Shown here: positions 8,801 through 19,408 of the stretch, in pieces | Layout of the letters: each line of letters opens with the position of its first letter | How positions within the stretch are numbered: the first letter of the stretch is position 1 | Source of the DNA: a virus | IMG/VR virus record: IMGVR_UViG_3300008267_000003 | Location: 98,012-162,011 of that record | Direction: 5' to 3' (one strand) | Length of the DNA stretch: 64,000 nt | Translations under genes and position numbers: made by a program | Notes under the pieces: generated by a model | What the model was told of the DNA's origin: nothing | Seen by the model: only the letters and a program-made list of their open reading frames with translations | The model's database searches: none

Positions 8801-9109
8801 ATGAGCGTACGAGTAATAAGACTTGTCAATGGTGAAGAACTAATTGGTGAGCTTGAACTGGTTAAAAAAAATAATCATCACAACGATTACAAACTCTCTA
8901 AAGTAGGTGTTGTATCATTAGTACCAACACAAACAGGAGTGGGTATTTCTTTATATCCCTTTGCACCATACTCAGATGATGATGACTTTATTTTTCGACA
9001 TGAGCATGTTGTAACATCATTTGGTCCTTCAGTAGATCTTCTAAACAATTATAATAAAATGTTTGGATCTGGTATCCAGATTGCTTCTACAGGATCGTTG
9101 ATAAAATAA
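8801..9109 (+). CDS. Conserved T4-like small beta-rich (Sm-like) protein
   Basis: IRLVNGEELIGE N-terminus, NYNKMFGSGI C-terminus; precedes gp43. Confidence 0.7.
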   Translation: MSVRVIRLVNGEELIGELELVKKNNHHNDYKLSKVGVVSLVPTQTGVGISLYPFAPYSDDDDFIFRHEHVVTSFGPSVDLLNNYNKMFGSGIQIASTGSLIK

Positions 9110-9126
9110 TTACCCATCTGTATAAT
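9098..9126 (+). promoter_or_regulatory. sigma70-type promoter of the DNA polymerase
   Basis: TTGATA-17-TATAAT. Confidence 0.75.
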
Positions 9127-9146
9127 AATGGTTTTAGTGAGGGTAC

Positions 9147-11675
9147 ATGCGCTTCTATACAAACGTAAATGTTGTTGGTGATTCTGTCTTTGTGAGAGGA
9201 TATGATGGGGATAAGCGCTTTGAGCTCAAGGCACCTTATCACCCATACATCTTTGTTAACTCAAACAAGAAAACCAATTACAAAACACTCAATGGTAAAT
9301 CTGTTGAGCGGATTGAATTTGAAAGTATCAAGAACTCACGTGACTTCATTGATAATTACTCAAACGTGAGTGGGTTCGAGATACACGGCTCAAATCTCTT
9401 CACCTACCAAGCAATCTACGATCTTTACAAGGGTGAGGTAGTTTATGATGTAGATCGTATCAATGTTGTTTCACTTGATATTGAGACATCAACCCTCAAC
9501 GGTTTCCCTAACCACGAGCTTGCCGATAAAGAGGTAATTACACTATCTCTTAGGAAAAAAGGAAAGGTAATTGTACTAGGTACAAGACCCTATACTCCTA
9601 AATCAAATGACATTGTATATTGGCAATGCCGTAATGAGATTGATTTGCTTCAGAAGTTTCTTCAGATATGGAACTCTGATAAATGGAAGCCAGATGTTGT
9701 TACTGGATGGAATGTAGAGTACTTCGATATTCCATATCTCTACAGACGCATATCTAACATGCTTGGTAAGAAAGAAGCAGATAAATTATCTCCATGGAAG
9801 ATTGTTCGTGAACGTCAGGTTGGTGGAGAAGGATCGTCGAAGGTATATGATCTGATAGGTATTTCAGTTCTCGACTATCTTGCTCTGTATAAGAAGTTTT
9901 CTTACACTCCTCAAGAATCATATAAACTGGATCATATTGCTGAGTACGAGCTTGGTGAAAAGAAACTTGACTACTCAGAATATGAGACGATGCATGAGTT
10001 CTATGTAAACAACTTTGAGAAGTTTGTAGACTATAACATACATGACGTTGTCCTTGTTGATAAACTTGAAGAGAAGTTAAAGTTTATTGAGCAGGTATTT
10101 GCTATCTCATATGACGCCAAGGTCAATTACAACGATACATTTACCACTGTCCGTATATGGGATGTTATTATTACAAACTATCTAATGGACAGGGGTATTG
10201 TTGTTCCTCACATTGAACGCGAAGAGCTTGATCAACGTGCTTCTGATGATAAAAGACTTGGTCCGATTGTTGGTGCGTATGTAAAAGACCCACAGGTTGG
10301 TATGCATGAATGGGTTTGTTCATTTGACCTTAACAGTCTATACCCTCACTTGATTATGCAGTACAACATTAGTCCGGATACATTCATAGACATGGAGGAT
10401 GGTATCTCCATTGAGCGTATGCTTGATAAGGCTATTGGATCTAATCTTGAATCTAAGCTCAGAGAAAAGAACTATACAATTACACCCAAGGGTGCTCTAT
10501 TTACAAAAGATAGAGTTGGCTTCTTAGCTGAGCTGATGGAGACCATGTATAATGATCGTTCTGCTTGGAAGAAGCGAATGATTGAAGCAAAGAAGAAGTA
10601 TGAGCAGACACCTACTCGTGAGCTTGAAAATGAGATCGCAAGATGTAACAACATGCAGATGGCAAAGAAGATTCAGCTGAACTCTGCCTATGGTGCTCTT
10701 GGTAATGTTTTCTTCAGATGGTATCAACGTGATCTAGCAGAAGCAATCACAACATCTGGTCAGTTGTCTATTCGTTGGATGGAAAAGAATATCAATCAAT
10801 ATCTTAACAAGCTGTTTAAAACAGATAACGAAGACTATGTGATTGCTTGTGATACTGACTCTATGTACATCCGTCTTCAGCGACTAGTGGATCAAGTATT
10901 TGATAAAGATGCTGATGTGAATAAGGTTGTAAAGTTCCTTGATGATGTTTGTGAAAAGAAACTACAACCGTTCATTGACAACACCTTCAATGACCTTGGT
11001 GAGTACATGATGGTCATGAAACAGAAGATGGTGATGAAGCGAGAGGCTATTGCTAACAAGGGTATATGGACTGGAAAGAAACACTACATCCTCAATGTGT
11101 TTAACAATGAGGGTGTTTCATATACTCAACCAAAGTTAAAGATGCAAGGTATTGAAGCGGTTCGATCTTCTACTCCTTCTGTTTGCAGAAGGAACTTTAA
11201 GAATGCTCTTGATGTGATTATGAATCATGATGAGAAAGCCATTCATAAGTTTGTTAGTGACTTTAAACATGAGTATATGCTTTTACCTTTTGAAGATATT
11301 GCTTTCCCACGTTCAGTTAAGGACCTTAACAAGTACAAAGACAGCGCATCGATCTATAGGAAATCAACTCCTATTCACGTCAAGGGATCGTTGATATACA
11401 ATAGCCTTCTTAAAGAAAAGAAACTTGAAACTAAATATCAAACCATTAAAGATGGTGATAAGATCAAGTTCATATATCTAAAAGCACCGAACCCAGCAAG
11501 AGACACTGTTATATCTTGCCCAAGCACTTTACCAAAAGAGTTTAGTATAGAACCTTACATTGATTATGATCTTCAGTTTGAGAAATCATTCCTCGATCCA
11601 ATCAAAGGTATATTAGATGCTATTGGATGGCATATAACAGAACGTAGAGCAACCCTAGAACAATTCTTCGAATAG
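9147..11675 (+). CDS. gp43: Family B DNA polymerase (T4 gp43)
   Basis: Exo I DIET, FDLNSLYP, KIQLNSAYG, DTDS; no intein or intron seen. Confidence 0.98.
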   Translation: MRFYTNVNVVGDSVFVRGYDGDKRFELKAPYHPYIFVNSNKKTNYKTLNGKSVERIEFESIKNSRDFIDNYSNVSGFEIHGSNLFTYQAIYDLYKGEVVYDVDRINVVSLDIETSTLNGFPNHELADKEVITLSLRKKGKVIVLGTRPYTPKSNDIVYWQCRNEIDLLQKFLQIWNSDKWKPDVVTGWNVEYFDIPYLYRRISNMLGKKEADKLSPWKIVRERQVGGEGSSKVYDLIGISVLDYLALYKKFSYTPQESYKLDHIAEYELGEKKLDYSEYETMHEFYVNNFEKFVDYNIHDVVLVDKLEEKLKFIEQVFAISYDAKVNYNDTFTTVRIWDVIITNYLMDRGIVVPHIEREELDQRASDDKRLGPIVGAYVKDPQVGMHEWVCSFDLNSLYPHLIMQYNISPDTFIDMEDGISIERMLDKAIGSNLESKLREKNYTITPKGALFTKDRVGFLAELMETMYNDRSAWKKRMIEAKKKYEQTPTRELENEIARCNNMQMAKKIQLNSAYGALGNVFFRWYQRDLAEAITTSGQLSIRWMEKNINQYLNKLFKTDNEDYVIACDTDSMYIRLQRLVDQVFDKDADVNKVVKFLDDVCEKKLQPFIDNTFNDLGEYMMVMKQKMVMKREAIANKGIWTGKKHYILNVFNNEGVSYTQPKLKMQGIEAVRSSTPSVCRRNFKNALDVIMNHDEKAIHKFVSDFKHEYMLLPFEDIAFPRSVKDLNKYKDSASIYRKSTPIHVKGSLIYNSLLKEKKLETKYQTIKDGDKIKFIYLKAPNPARDTVISCPSTLPKEFSIEPYIDYDLQFEKSFLDPIKGILDAIGWHITERRATLEQFFE

Positions 11676-11682
11676 GAAAACA

Positions 11683-11985
11683 ATGGCTAAGATTACTATA
11701 GACTTAGACGACGCGTACACTGACTTTGGATTTTCAGCTGTAAGTGAAGATGAACTCAAATCAATGGAGCGTCAGCTTCAACAGCAAGTCCAACAAAAAG
11801 AACAAGAGTTATCGTTGACTTCCAAAGAATATAAAGATAAACTGGAAACTCTTTATAAACTAATTATGCCACTGCTACTCAATCTTGCTAAAGATGATGA
11901 TAAAGAATACATCTACTGGCCAGAAAGAACCAAGAAAATGAAAGCATTCATTGATAAGGTGGATAAACTAGTAAACAATGATTAA
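11683..11985 (+). CDS. Hypothetical protein
   Basis: DFGFSAV, IMPLLLNL, YIYWP; AGGA SD. Confidence 0.75.
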   Translation: MAKITIDLDDAYTDFGFSAVSEDELKSMERQLQQQVQQKEQELSLTSKEYKDKLETLYKLIMPLLLNLAKDDDKEYIYWPERTKKMKAFIDKVDKLVNND

Positions 11986-12880
11986 CTATCTTGCTTTAGT
12001 TGTTGCTGTAGGTCTCTCTTCTGTAGCAGCTTACTTTTCTATACTTGGACTCACTGCAATCTTTGCAGCTTCATATTGGCCTGTTATTATTATGGGATCA
12101 ATGCTCGAGGCTGCTAAGGTTGTTGCTGCTTCATGGGCATTTCGTAATTGGAATGTAGCTCCTGCGTTCATCAGATACTATCTCGTAGCGGCTGTTGCTA
12201 TTCTAATGATGATCACATCAATGGGTACGTTTGGGTATCTTTCCAAAGCTCATATTGAACAAACCTCATCTGTTGGTGATATTGCGGCTCAGGTTGCAGT
12301 GTATGATGAAAGGATCAAGAATCTAAATGAAAACATCGAGGCTAACCGTAAACTTCTTAAACAGTTTGACGAGGCAGTTGACCAGGTCATGTCACGCTCG
12401 ACGGATTCTAAGGGGGCGGAACGCTCGCTCCAAATTAGAAAATCACAACAGAAAGAGCGTAGCCGCCTCATGGAAGAAATTTCTACTCTACAAAAAGAGG
12501 TTGGGAGGCTTAGTGCTGAGAGATCCCCACTGGTTTCGCAAGTCAAAAAAGTCGAGAAAGAGGTCGGTCCAATCAAGTACATCGCAGAACTTTTTATTGA
12601 TAGGGCTGATGATTCGTTTTTGGAGAAGACGGTCCGCTGGGTTATTATAATGATTGTGACTGTATTTGATCCTCTGGCTGTGCTGTTGCTTATTGCAGCC
12701 AATATGGGTATAATACGACAAGGTAGGATTAGTAAGATGAACAACACACGGGCTGCAAATATAGAAGTGAATAGAGATCTTGCTGCTGAGAGAAGGTTCA
12801 AAAAGCTACAAGAGCTAACTGGCAAGGCAAGCCGCAGTAAAGTTACTATTGACAAAAACAAGATAAGGAAGATGACATGA
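11978..12880 (+). CDS. Membrane protein with a coiled coil
   Basis: Three N-terminal hydrophobic segments, a coiled coil, EVGPIKYIA and a C-terminal TM. Confidence 0.8.
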   Translation: MINYLALVVAVGLSSVAAYFSILGLTAIFAASYWPVIIMGSMLEAAKVVAASWAFRNWNVAPAFIRYYLVAAVAILMMITSMGTFGYLSKAHIEQTSSVGDIAAQVAVYDERIKNLNENIEANRKLLKQFDEAVDQVMSRSTDSKGAERSLQIRKSQQKERSRLMEEISTLQKEVGRLSAERSPLVSQVKKVEKEVGPIKYIAELFIDRADDSFLEKTVRWVIIMIVTVFDPLAVLLLIAANMGIIRQGRISKMNNTRAANIEVNRDLAAERRFKKLQELTGKASRSKVTIDKNKIRKMT

Positions 12881-13932
12881 GTTTTTTAAAGAGTTTGATT
12901 AAGGAGATTGGTGATGAGGACACTTATTTGGCCAGTGACGGCGGTGGTAGTGCTGAGTATTCTGGTTGTATTGATACTGGCAGCTATATTCTCAACGCTC
13001 TTCTCTCTGGCAGCATCTATGGCGGCGTACCTGATAATAAAATTACTGCATTTGCAGGAGAGTCCGCTACTGGTAAAACTTTCTTCGTACTTGGTATCGT
13101 TAGAGCCTTCCTTGACAAGAACCCAAACGCAGCAGTCGTCTACTACGATACAGAAGCAGCCGTCACCAAAGCAATGATGGAATCTCGTGGCATTGATACA
13201 ACACGTGTTATCATTGCTGAGCCAGATACAATTCAAAAATTTAAAACTCATGCTTTAAAGTTGATTGAGGCCTATGAGAAGCAGCCAGAAGATACACGTC
13301 CTAAGATGATGTTCGTGTTAGATAGTCTAGGATTGTTGTCAACATCAAAAGAGATGGAAGATTCTCTTGATGGTAAAGATGTAAGGGACATGACAAAGTC
13401 GCAAGTTATCAAAGCTGCTTTTAGAGTACTGACATTGAAGTTGGCAAAGGTCAAAGTACCTATGCTTGTTACTAACCACGTGTATGAGGTGATTGGATCG
13501 TATGTACCAACAAAAGAACTCGGAGGCGGAACAGGTCTCAAGTATGCTGCCAGCACTATTGCAATGCTCTCTAAAAAGAAAGAGAAGGATGGCGATGGAG
13601 ACATCATTGGTAACCAAATCAAAATCAAAACATACAAGTCGAGACTCTCAAAAGAGAACCAAGACGCAACTGTGCTACTTACTTACGACAAGGGCCTAGA
13701 TAGATACTTTGGTTTACTAGACCTTGCTGAAGAAGCTGGTGTAATTAAAAAAGTATCAACACGGTATGAGTTGCCAGATGGGCGTAAAGTATTTGGTAAA
13801 GAGATTAACAATAATCCAGAACAATACTTTACAGAAGAGATTTTGCAACAGCTAGAGAACTACGCAAAAGGAAAGTATAGTTATGGATCCCAAGTCGGAA
13901 CATTACAAGATAACCTTCAAGAATCAGAGTGA
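12877..13932 (+). CDS. uvsX: RecA-like recombinase UvsX
   Basis: IDTGSY, GESATGKT, LDSLG, GGGTGLKYAAS. Confidence 0.96.
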   Translation: MSFLKSLIKEIGDEDTYLASDGGGSAEYSGCIDTGSYILNALLSGSIYGGVPDNKITAFAGESATGKTFFVLGIVRAFLDKNPNAAVVYYDTEAAVTKAMMESRGIDTTRVIIAEPDTIQKFKTHALKLIEAYEKQPEDTRPKMMFVLDSLGLLSTSKEMEDSLDGKDVRDMTKSQVIKAAFRVLTLKLAKVKVPMLVTNHVYEVIGSYVPTKELGGGTGLKYAASTIAMLSKKKEKDGDGDIIGNQIKIKTYKSRLSKENQDATVLLTYDKGLDRYFGLLDLAEEAGVIKKVSTRYELPDGRKVFGKEINNNPEQYFTEEILQQLENYAKGKYSYGSQVGTLQDNLQESE

Positions 13933-14065
13933 CCAGATAGGCTTCAAGTTCTTTTTTAATGACAGAGACATACTGGACTTTCTTAAGACGAGACCTAATG
14001 GTGCACTAATACTCAAATTGGAGCAATATGATAGAGAAACTGATACTTTCCAACTTATTAAGTAA
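13883..14065 (+). CDS. Small hypothetical protein overlapping uvsX and gp41
   Basis: Fills the uvsX-helicase gap (the position of T4 gene 40); no motif recognised. Confidence 0.5.
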   Translation: MDPKSEHYKITFKNQSDQIGFKFFFNDRDILDFLKTRPNGALILKLEQYDRETDTFQLIK

Positions 14066-15419
14066 TGAGGAGTATGGCCGAAAGGCCATTCCTTTTTTAA
14101 AGTCGGAGTACTTTCAAGAAAGAACTATACGAGCGCTATACGATAGTATCGATACGTTTGTAAAGCAGTATAACAAGTTTCCTAGTAAAGAAGCACTTGT
14201 TATTGAATTAGATAATGACAAATCAATAGCGAGTATCTTCAGTGATGTTGAATCGCTAGTAACTGATCTTGAAGATACTCCTTCAACCAATCTCGAGTGG
14301 CTCTTAGACCAGACAGAGAAGTTCTGTCAGGATAAAGCAATTTATAATGCTATCATGAAGTCCATTCAGATCATCGATACGGACAAAGATAATCATAGCA
14401 AGGGTGCTATACCTCAAATTCTATCTGACGCTCTTGCTGTATCTTTTGACTCCAACGTGGGTCATGATTTTTTAGAAGACTTTGAGTCTCGATATGACTT
14501 TTATCACAAGAAAGAAAAACGTGTTCCATTCGATCTGGATTACTTTAACAAGATTACTAAGGGAGGACTCCCAACTAAGACCCTTAATGTGGTACTTGCT
14601 GGTACTGGTGTTGGTAAGTCTCTCTTCATGTGTCATTGTGCTGCAGCTAACCTCTTTAAAGGACATAATGTTCTTTATATAACAATGGAAATGGCTGAGG
14701 AGCGTATTGCTGAACGTATTGATGCAAATATGCTTAATGTTACTGTCGATGAACTGGCACTGCTTCCTAAAGATTCTTATCAGAAGAAGATTGATCGTGT
14801 TCGTGAGAAGACTAACGGTAAGTTAATAATTAAAGAATATCCTACAGCATCTGCTGGTGCCGGTCACATGAGACATTTGTTGAATGAGTTGAAACTTAAA
14901 CGAAACTTCAAACCAGATATCATATACATTGATTATCTTAATATTTGTATTTCTTCGAGATTGAAATATGGTGCAAATGTCAACTCTTATACATACATCA
15001 AGGCTATTGCAGAAGAGCTGAGAGGTCTTGCTGTTGAGTTTGATGTCCCGATCGTTACAGCTACACAGACTACTAGAAGCGGATTTACTAGTAGTGATCT
15101 GGGCCTTGAAGATACCAGTGAATCATTTGGCCTTCCAGCCACAGCTGACTTTATGATTGCATTGATAAGTTCAGAAGAGTTGCAGGACCTCAACCAATTC
15201 ATGGTTAAGCAGCTTAAGAACCGCTTTAATGATCCAGGGACTCATAGAAGATTTGTTATAGGCGTTGACAGGTCTAAGATGAGACTGTATGATGTAGAAC
15301 AGACAGCACAAGAAGATGTGCTTGATGATGATACACCAGTATTCGATAAATCAGATTCCGGAATGAGAATCAAATCAGAAAAAGGTAAGTTTAAAGATGC
15401 TTTTAAATCGTTTAGTTAG
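14028..15419 (+). CDS. gp41: Replicative DnaB-like helicase (T4 gp41)
   Basis: AGTGVGKS, ITMEMAEE, IDYLN, ATQTTR, SESFGLPATAD, KNRFND. Confidence 0.97.
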   Translation: MIEKLILSNLLSNEEYGRKAIPFLKSEYFQERTIRALYDSIDTFVKQYNKFPSKEALVIELDNDKSIASIFSDVESLVTDLEDTPSTNLEWLLDQTEKFCQDKAIYNAIMKSIQIIDTDKDNHSKGAIPQILSDALAVSFDSNVGHDFLEDFESRYDFYHKKEKRVPFDLDYFNKITKGGLPTKTLNVVLAGTGVGKSLFMCHCAAANLFKGHNVLYITMEMAEERIAERIDANMLNVTVDELALLPKDSYQKKIDRVREKTNGKLIIKEYPTASAGAGHMRHLLNELKLKRNFKPDIIYIDYLNICISSRLKYGANVNSYTYIKAIAEELRGLAVEFDVPIVTATQTTRSGFTSSDLGLEDTSESFGLPATADFMIALISSEELQDLNQFMVKQLKNRFNDPGTHRRFVIGVDRSKMRLYDVEQTAQEDVLDDDTPVFDKSDSGMRIKSEKGKFKDAFKSFS

Positions 15420-15585
15420 CATATTCTGGTTTCTGATTATGTTCACAATAGTATTCTCCATATCAACTTTCTTTCTAACAGTTAACCATGTCATTAGTTA
15501 TGTTAGCAGGTTGTTTGATTTACCTATGGTTGTAATCTATACGATGATAGAAAGACAAAATGAGGCTGAGGACGAGAAAGTTTAA
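15397..15585 (+). CDS. Small membrane protein
   Basis: N-terminal hydrophobic stretch, overlaps both neighbours. Confidence 0.5.
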   Translation: MLLNRLVSIFWFLIMFTIVFSISTFFLTVNHVISYVSRLFDLPMVVIYTMIERQNEAEDEKV

Positions 15586-16036
15586 TAATCGAAAGCTATC
15601 CAGTATACTTCGAACAGCAACTAAATTTTATATTCAACACCTACTTCCAAACTATAAACACAGTCTTTTCAAAATTGACATAATTGGTGTAAAAAATTTA
15701 GAAGCGGATGGTACATTCGAGAAAATATCAACGAACAGATATACTATAGAGCTGAGGACTGATTTAGATATACAAATAATGCTACTAACGCTTGCTCATG
15801 AATTGGTTCACCTTAAACAATATGCAACCAATGAATTGAGAAGCCGGGTGGTTGCTGGCCAGCTTGTTGATATATGGAAAGGCAAGCGGTACAGGAATCT
15901 CAAATACGATGACCAACCGTGGGAGATAGAAGCGTTACAAAAAGAACAAGATTTGTTCGAAGATTTCATATCCGAGTGTTATGCGTCTGGAAAATTGATA
16001 AATAAGCTAGTGAAACTGCGCGGTTTCACCCGTTGA
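15560..16036 (+). CDS. Zn metallopeptidase-like protein
   Basis: TLAHELVHLKQY (HExxH) and PWEIEA. Confidence 0.75.
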   Translation: MRLRTRKFNNRKLSSILRTATKFYIQHLLPNYKHSLFKIDIIGVKNLEADGTFEKISTNRYTIELRTDLDIQIMLLTLAHELVHLKQYATNELRSRVVAGQLVDIWKGKRYRNLKYDDQPWEIEALQKEQDLFEDFISECYASGKLINKLVKLRGFTR

Positions 16037-16061
16037 CCTAATTCCCACTTTCCATTATAGT
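16033..16061 (+). promoter_or_regulatory. sigma70-type early promoter
   Basis: TTGACC-17-TATAGT with the GTTGACCTAATT element. Confidence 0.7.
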
Positions 16062-16089
16062 AATAATACATTACTAACTCGGAGCTTCT

Positions 16090-16593
16090 ATGTCTAAGAC
16101 TTTTGTTGCTATTTTAGCAATGTATTTTATTTTTGTGATTAGCAATGACCCAGCAGAGAAACGTGCAGTAATCCAGCCCGCGCAGACGTTATCTCCTGAT
16201 ATGATGAATCTACTATCAACAGCTAAGAAGTATACTAACTATCAGGGAACTCTTAGTCTACCGCACGTCAGCGAGGTTTCTCAGAAAAAGCTAGAGGAGA
16301 TGTACTGCAATAACCGTCCTCGCTGTCCAGTATCTGCTCTTTACTTCCAAGGTCAGATATTCTACAGTGACCGTCTAGATATGCAGGACTTGTTATCACG
16401 TTCTATCCTCCTCCATGAGTTCGTACACCACGTACAGAATGAAAGACACGGTGATACATACGATTGTGATATGTGGAAAGCAAAAGAGTTAGAAGCATAC
16501 AAAATACAAGCTCAGTTTCTTAGGAAACATGGATATAATGACCAAATCATTCGCGATGTTGTAAAGACATTGAGATGCCCTATTAAAGGATAA
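16090..16593 (+). CDS. Secreted or membrane-anchored HExxH protein
   Basis: Signal-like N-terminus, LLHEFVHHVQ, ELEAY. Confidence 0.65.
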   Translation: MSKTFVAILAMYFIFVISNDPAEKRAVIQPAQTLSPDMMNLLSTAKKYTNYQGTLSLPHVSEVSQKKLEEMYCNNRPRCPVSALYFQGQIFYSDRLDMQDLLSRSILLHEFVHHVQNERHGDTYDCDMWKAKELEAYKIQAQFLRKHGYNDQIIRDVVKTLRCPIKG

Positions 16594-16595
16594 GC

Positions 16596-17165
16596 ATGAC
16601 AAATAAAGTGAGTGAAACCACTGCAGCTACAGCGCAAGATGATGTTGATTTGCTATTATATAAATCTGGATCGTTTTATCTTTCCGGTGACATCGATGAA
16701 CATTCTGTTTCAGATTGCATAAAGTGGATACTGGCTGAAAATATGGCCAACCGTCATACGCATCTGAACTTGTACATAAACAGTCTTGGTGGTGACCTAT
16801 ACCAGGCTTTTGGTCTTATTGACCTGATAAAAGCTAGTAGAATTCCTGTACACACAATAGGCGTAGGTAGTTTGATGAGTGCTGCATTTCTTATCTTTAT
16901 TTCTGGTTCAAAAGGCAATCGAATTATGACTAAAAATACTAGCGTCATGTCTCACCAGTTCTCAACCTATTATGAGGGTAAAGAACACGACGTTAAAGCT
17001 TCAGAAAAAGAAACTAGATATATTAAGCAGCGTATGTTAGATGTTATTAAACAAAGCTGTACAATGGACGAGAGAATGATAAAGCGAAAGCTACTTCCAC
17101 CATCCGATGTCTGGCTATCTGCAGATGAATGCGTGGAGTTAGGTGTAGCAGATGCAATCTTCTAG
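16596..17165 (+). CDS. clpP: ClpP-like protease
   Basis: LYINSLGG, SLMSAA (Ser), MSHQ (His), DVWLSADECVELGVAD. Confidence 0.9.
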   Translation: MTNKVSETTAATAQDDVDLLLYKSGSFYLSGDIDEHSVSDCIKWILAENMANRHTHLNLYINSLGGDLYQAFGLIDLIKASRIPVHTIGVGSLMSAAFLIFISGSKGNRIMTKNTSVMSHQFSTYYEGKEHDVKASEKETRYIKQRMLDVIKQSCTMDERMIKRKLLPPSDVWLSADECVELGVADAIF

Positions 17166-17173
17166 TAAAATTG

Positions 17174-17195
17174 ACCCACTTCGGTGGGTTTTTTT
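17174..17195 (+). terminator. Intrinsic terminator (UUCG loop)
   Basis: ACCCAC-TTCG-GTGGGT followed by a T run. Confidence 0.9.
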
Positions 17196-17199
17196 ATGA

Positions 17200-17207
17200 T
17201 ATAAATA
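17200..17207 (+). promoter_or_regulatory. T4-type late promoter
   Basis: TATAAATA just after the terminator, 25 nt before ORF 17232. Confidence 0.85.
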
Positions 17208-17231
17208 GAAGATAATGTTACGGAGTATGCA

Positions 17232-18242
17232 ATGAAATCATTTTTTCAATTCATTTTAGAATCAGTTTTAGTTGAGAAAGCACCTACACCATCAACAGGT
17301 GCTCTCGAAGCAGCTAATAAAACAAACACAGCATTCGGAGATGCTTATGAGACAGCAACTGTCCTTCTTCTTCATAATAATACAGCTGCCCAGCATAATA
17401 AAGATAAAAACTACCTAGCTTCCATTGAGCATGTGAAACAAAAACATGAAAAAGCTATGGCCAGTCTGCCTTCTAATAAAGCAGGTGATGCGCTCACGTT
17501 TGCAAGACGATCAGTGCATGCATATCTTGGAACACTATCGCATCAGGGCATTACTCAAGATCATATACATGAGGTTCATCATACAAGCCAAGGTATCAGT
17601 TCACATTTAGGTAAAACAGTCGATAGAGCAAGTAATCCTCACGATCTGTTAATAAAGGGTTCTAAAGATGGTAAATCTTTCATGCACGGTGCATCTCTCA
17701 AAGCTAAATCAGGTACTGCATCAAACAATTCAGTAGCTGCTTTTGAAAGAGCAAGTAATGCAGGTGATTCAAAACTTGGAGTAAAGACTAATATTTCTAA
17801 GCATTGGGAAGAAGGTAAGAAGAATGCTGGGTTGGTTGGTAAGACTGCTAAAGCGATAAAAGAACTACGCCATGATCCAGAAGTCAAAGAAGCTAATAGA
17901 AAAACTCAAAATGCATCAGCTGGTACACATGCAGAGGATTTTAACAACGCTAGTCACGAGGCTAAGCAGAAACACATGCTACACTTCTTAAAAGCAAATC
18001 CAATCCTTCCATACCATTATGTTGTTGGTAATAAGGGTACATCAACACCTATCAAAACACATCCAGCTGTTCAAGCTATCCACAATTCCAAATCATTAAC
18101 TGCCACTACAAAGAACAATGTAGTTCATTTCCACAATGAAAAAGGTGAACACATTGCTTCTGCTGAGCATAGAACAACTCATGGACCTTTTGTGAGTCCA
18201 CAAGTTAATTTTAAATTTGGAACAATGAAAGCTGCAAAATAA
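17232..18242 (+). CDS. His-rich predicted internal virion protein, PD-(D/E)xK nuclease-like
   Basis: CTS-like MKSFFQFILE; GDAYE...PHDLLI...GASLK pattern. Confidence 0.5.
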   Translation: MKSFFQFILESVLVEKAPTPSTGALEAANKTNTAFGDAYETATVLLLHNNTAAQHNKDKNYLASIEHVKQKHEKAMASLPSNKAGDALTFARRSVHAYLGTLSHQGITQDHIHEVHHTSQGISSHLGKTVDRASNPHDLLIKGSKDGKSFMHGASLKAKSGTASNNSVAAFERASNAGDSKLGVKTNISKHWEEGKKNAGLVGKTAKAIKELRHDPEVKEANRKTQNASAGTHAEDFNNASHEAKQKHMLHFLKANPILPYHYVVGNKGTSTPIKTHPAVQAIHNSKSLTATTKNNVVHFHNEKGEHIASAEHRTTHGPFVSPQVNFKFGTMKAAK

Positions 18243-19408
18243 TGCGTCATATATTCTATCTACTGAAAGAATCAGCAGCCAACGAAGAGAAGTTAAAGCA
18301 TCTTGAGCATGCAGAAGACCATCCTATCAACGCTGGTGTTGATGGATACAAACATGCTGTCAACACTCTTACCGCTGTACATAAAACACTCACAGGTCAA
18401 AAGGGTGGTGCTGATCTAATGACCAAATATGATGGCAGTCCGAGTATTGTATTTGGACATCATCCACAGACTGGTAAGTTCTTTGTTGCATCCAAATCTG
18501 CGTTCAACAAAGATCCAAAGATTAACTATACTGACGAAGACATTGAAACTAATCATGGTCATGCTCCTGGTCTAGTATCTAAACTAAAGACCGCACTAGC
18601 CCATCTTCCAAAAGTTAGCCCTCAGAAAGGCGTCTTTCAAGGAGATGTGATGCATACATCTGAGGATGTGGAAGAGAAGGGTGGTAAGGTTCACTTTAAA
18701 CCAAATCTAATTAAGTACTCTACACCAGCCGACTCAGCAGAAGGTAAGAAGATTAAGAACTCCAAGATTGGTGTTTATGTCCATACAGGATATGAGGGTG
18801 GTGATGTTGAGTCCATGAAAGCAAACTATACTCCAAATCTTTCTGGTTTTGCTAACCACGACAGTGTCCATATGATGAAATGGGGATATGACACAAAGAA
18901 TTCAGACTATAATGAAGATGCTCAGAAGCAATTTAAAAGACATTTAGAAGATGCAACGGATGTTGGTAAGAAACTAAAACCTAAAGATTATGCAGCTATT
19001 GAACCTCACACCGAACATATAAAAACTTACATCAACAAGACAGTAAGAGATGATTCAACCCCTACTGCAGAAGGTTTGTATGATCATGTCAGAGACCAGC
19101 ATGAAAAGGGTATTGAAAAGGTCAAAACTCAAAAAGCAAAAGATCAAAAGACTCAAGCAATGAATACGCAGCTAGGTCATATAAGAGCTAACACTGAGGC
19201 TATCAGCAATGTGTTTGCAATGCATCATCACCTACAGAAAGCAAAGGATGTATTAGTCAATGCTATGTCTCATGGCCAAGACTTCGAACATCATATTGGT
19301 GATACAAAAACAAAACCAGAAGGATTTGTTGCTGTTGTAAATAATAGACCAACTAAGCTGGTTGATAGAAACGAGTTTAGTAAACAGAATTTCTTAGCGA
19401 GACAATAA
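18242..19408 (+). CDS. His-rich RNA-ligase-like nucleotidyltransferase (DUF6267-like), predicted internal protein
   Basis: CTS-like MRHIFYLLKE; motif I KYDGS, FQGDV, motif IV EGFV, motif V TKLV. Confidence 0.6.
   Translation: MRHIFYLLKESAANEEKLKHLEHAEDHPINAGVDGYKHAVNTLTAVHKTLTGQKGGADLMTKYDGSPSIVFGHHPQTGKFFVASKSAFNKDPKINYTDEDIETNHGHAPGLVSKLKTALAHLPKVSPQKGVFQGDVMHTSEDVEEKGGKVHFKPNLIKYSTPADSAEGKKIKNSKIGVYVHTGYEGGDVESMKANYTPNLSGFANHDSVHMMKWGYDTKNSDYNEDAQKQFKRHLEDATDVGKKLKPKDYAAIEPHTEHIKTYINKTVRDDSTPTAEGLYDHVRDQHEKGIEKVKTQKAKDQKTQAMNTQLGHIRANTEAISNVFAMHHHLQKAKDVLVNAMSHGQDFEHHIGDTKTKPEGFVAVVNNRPTKLVDRNEFSKQNFLARQ

Noticed and set aside
12289-12861. Long antisense ORF (190 aa) and many other minus-strand or alternate-frame ORFs in the track
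   Set aside because: They shadow well-supported + strand genes and lack SD sites or motifs; only 49472-50239 and 50272-50499 are accepted on the minus strand
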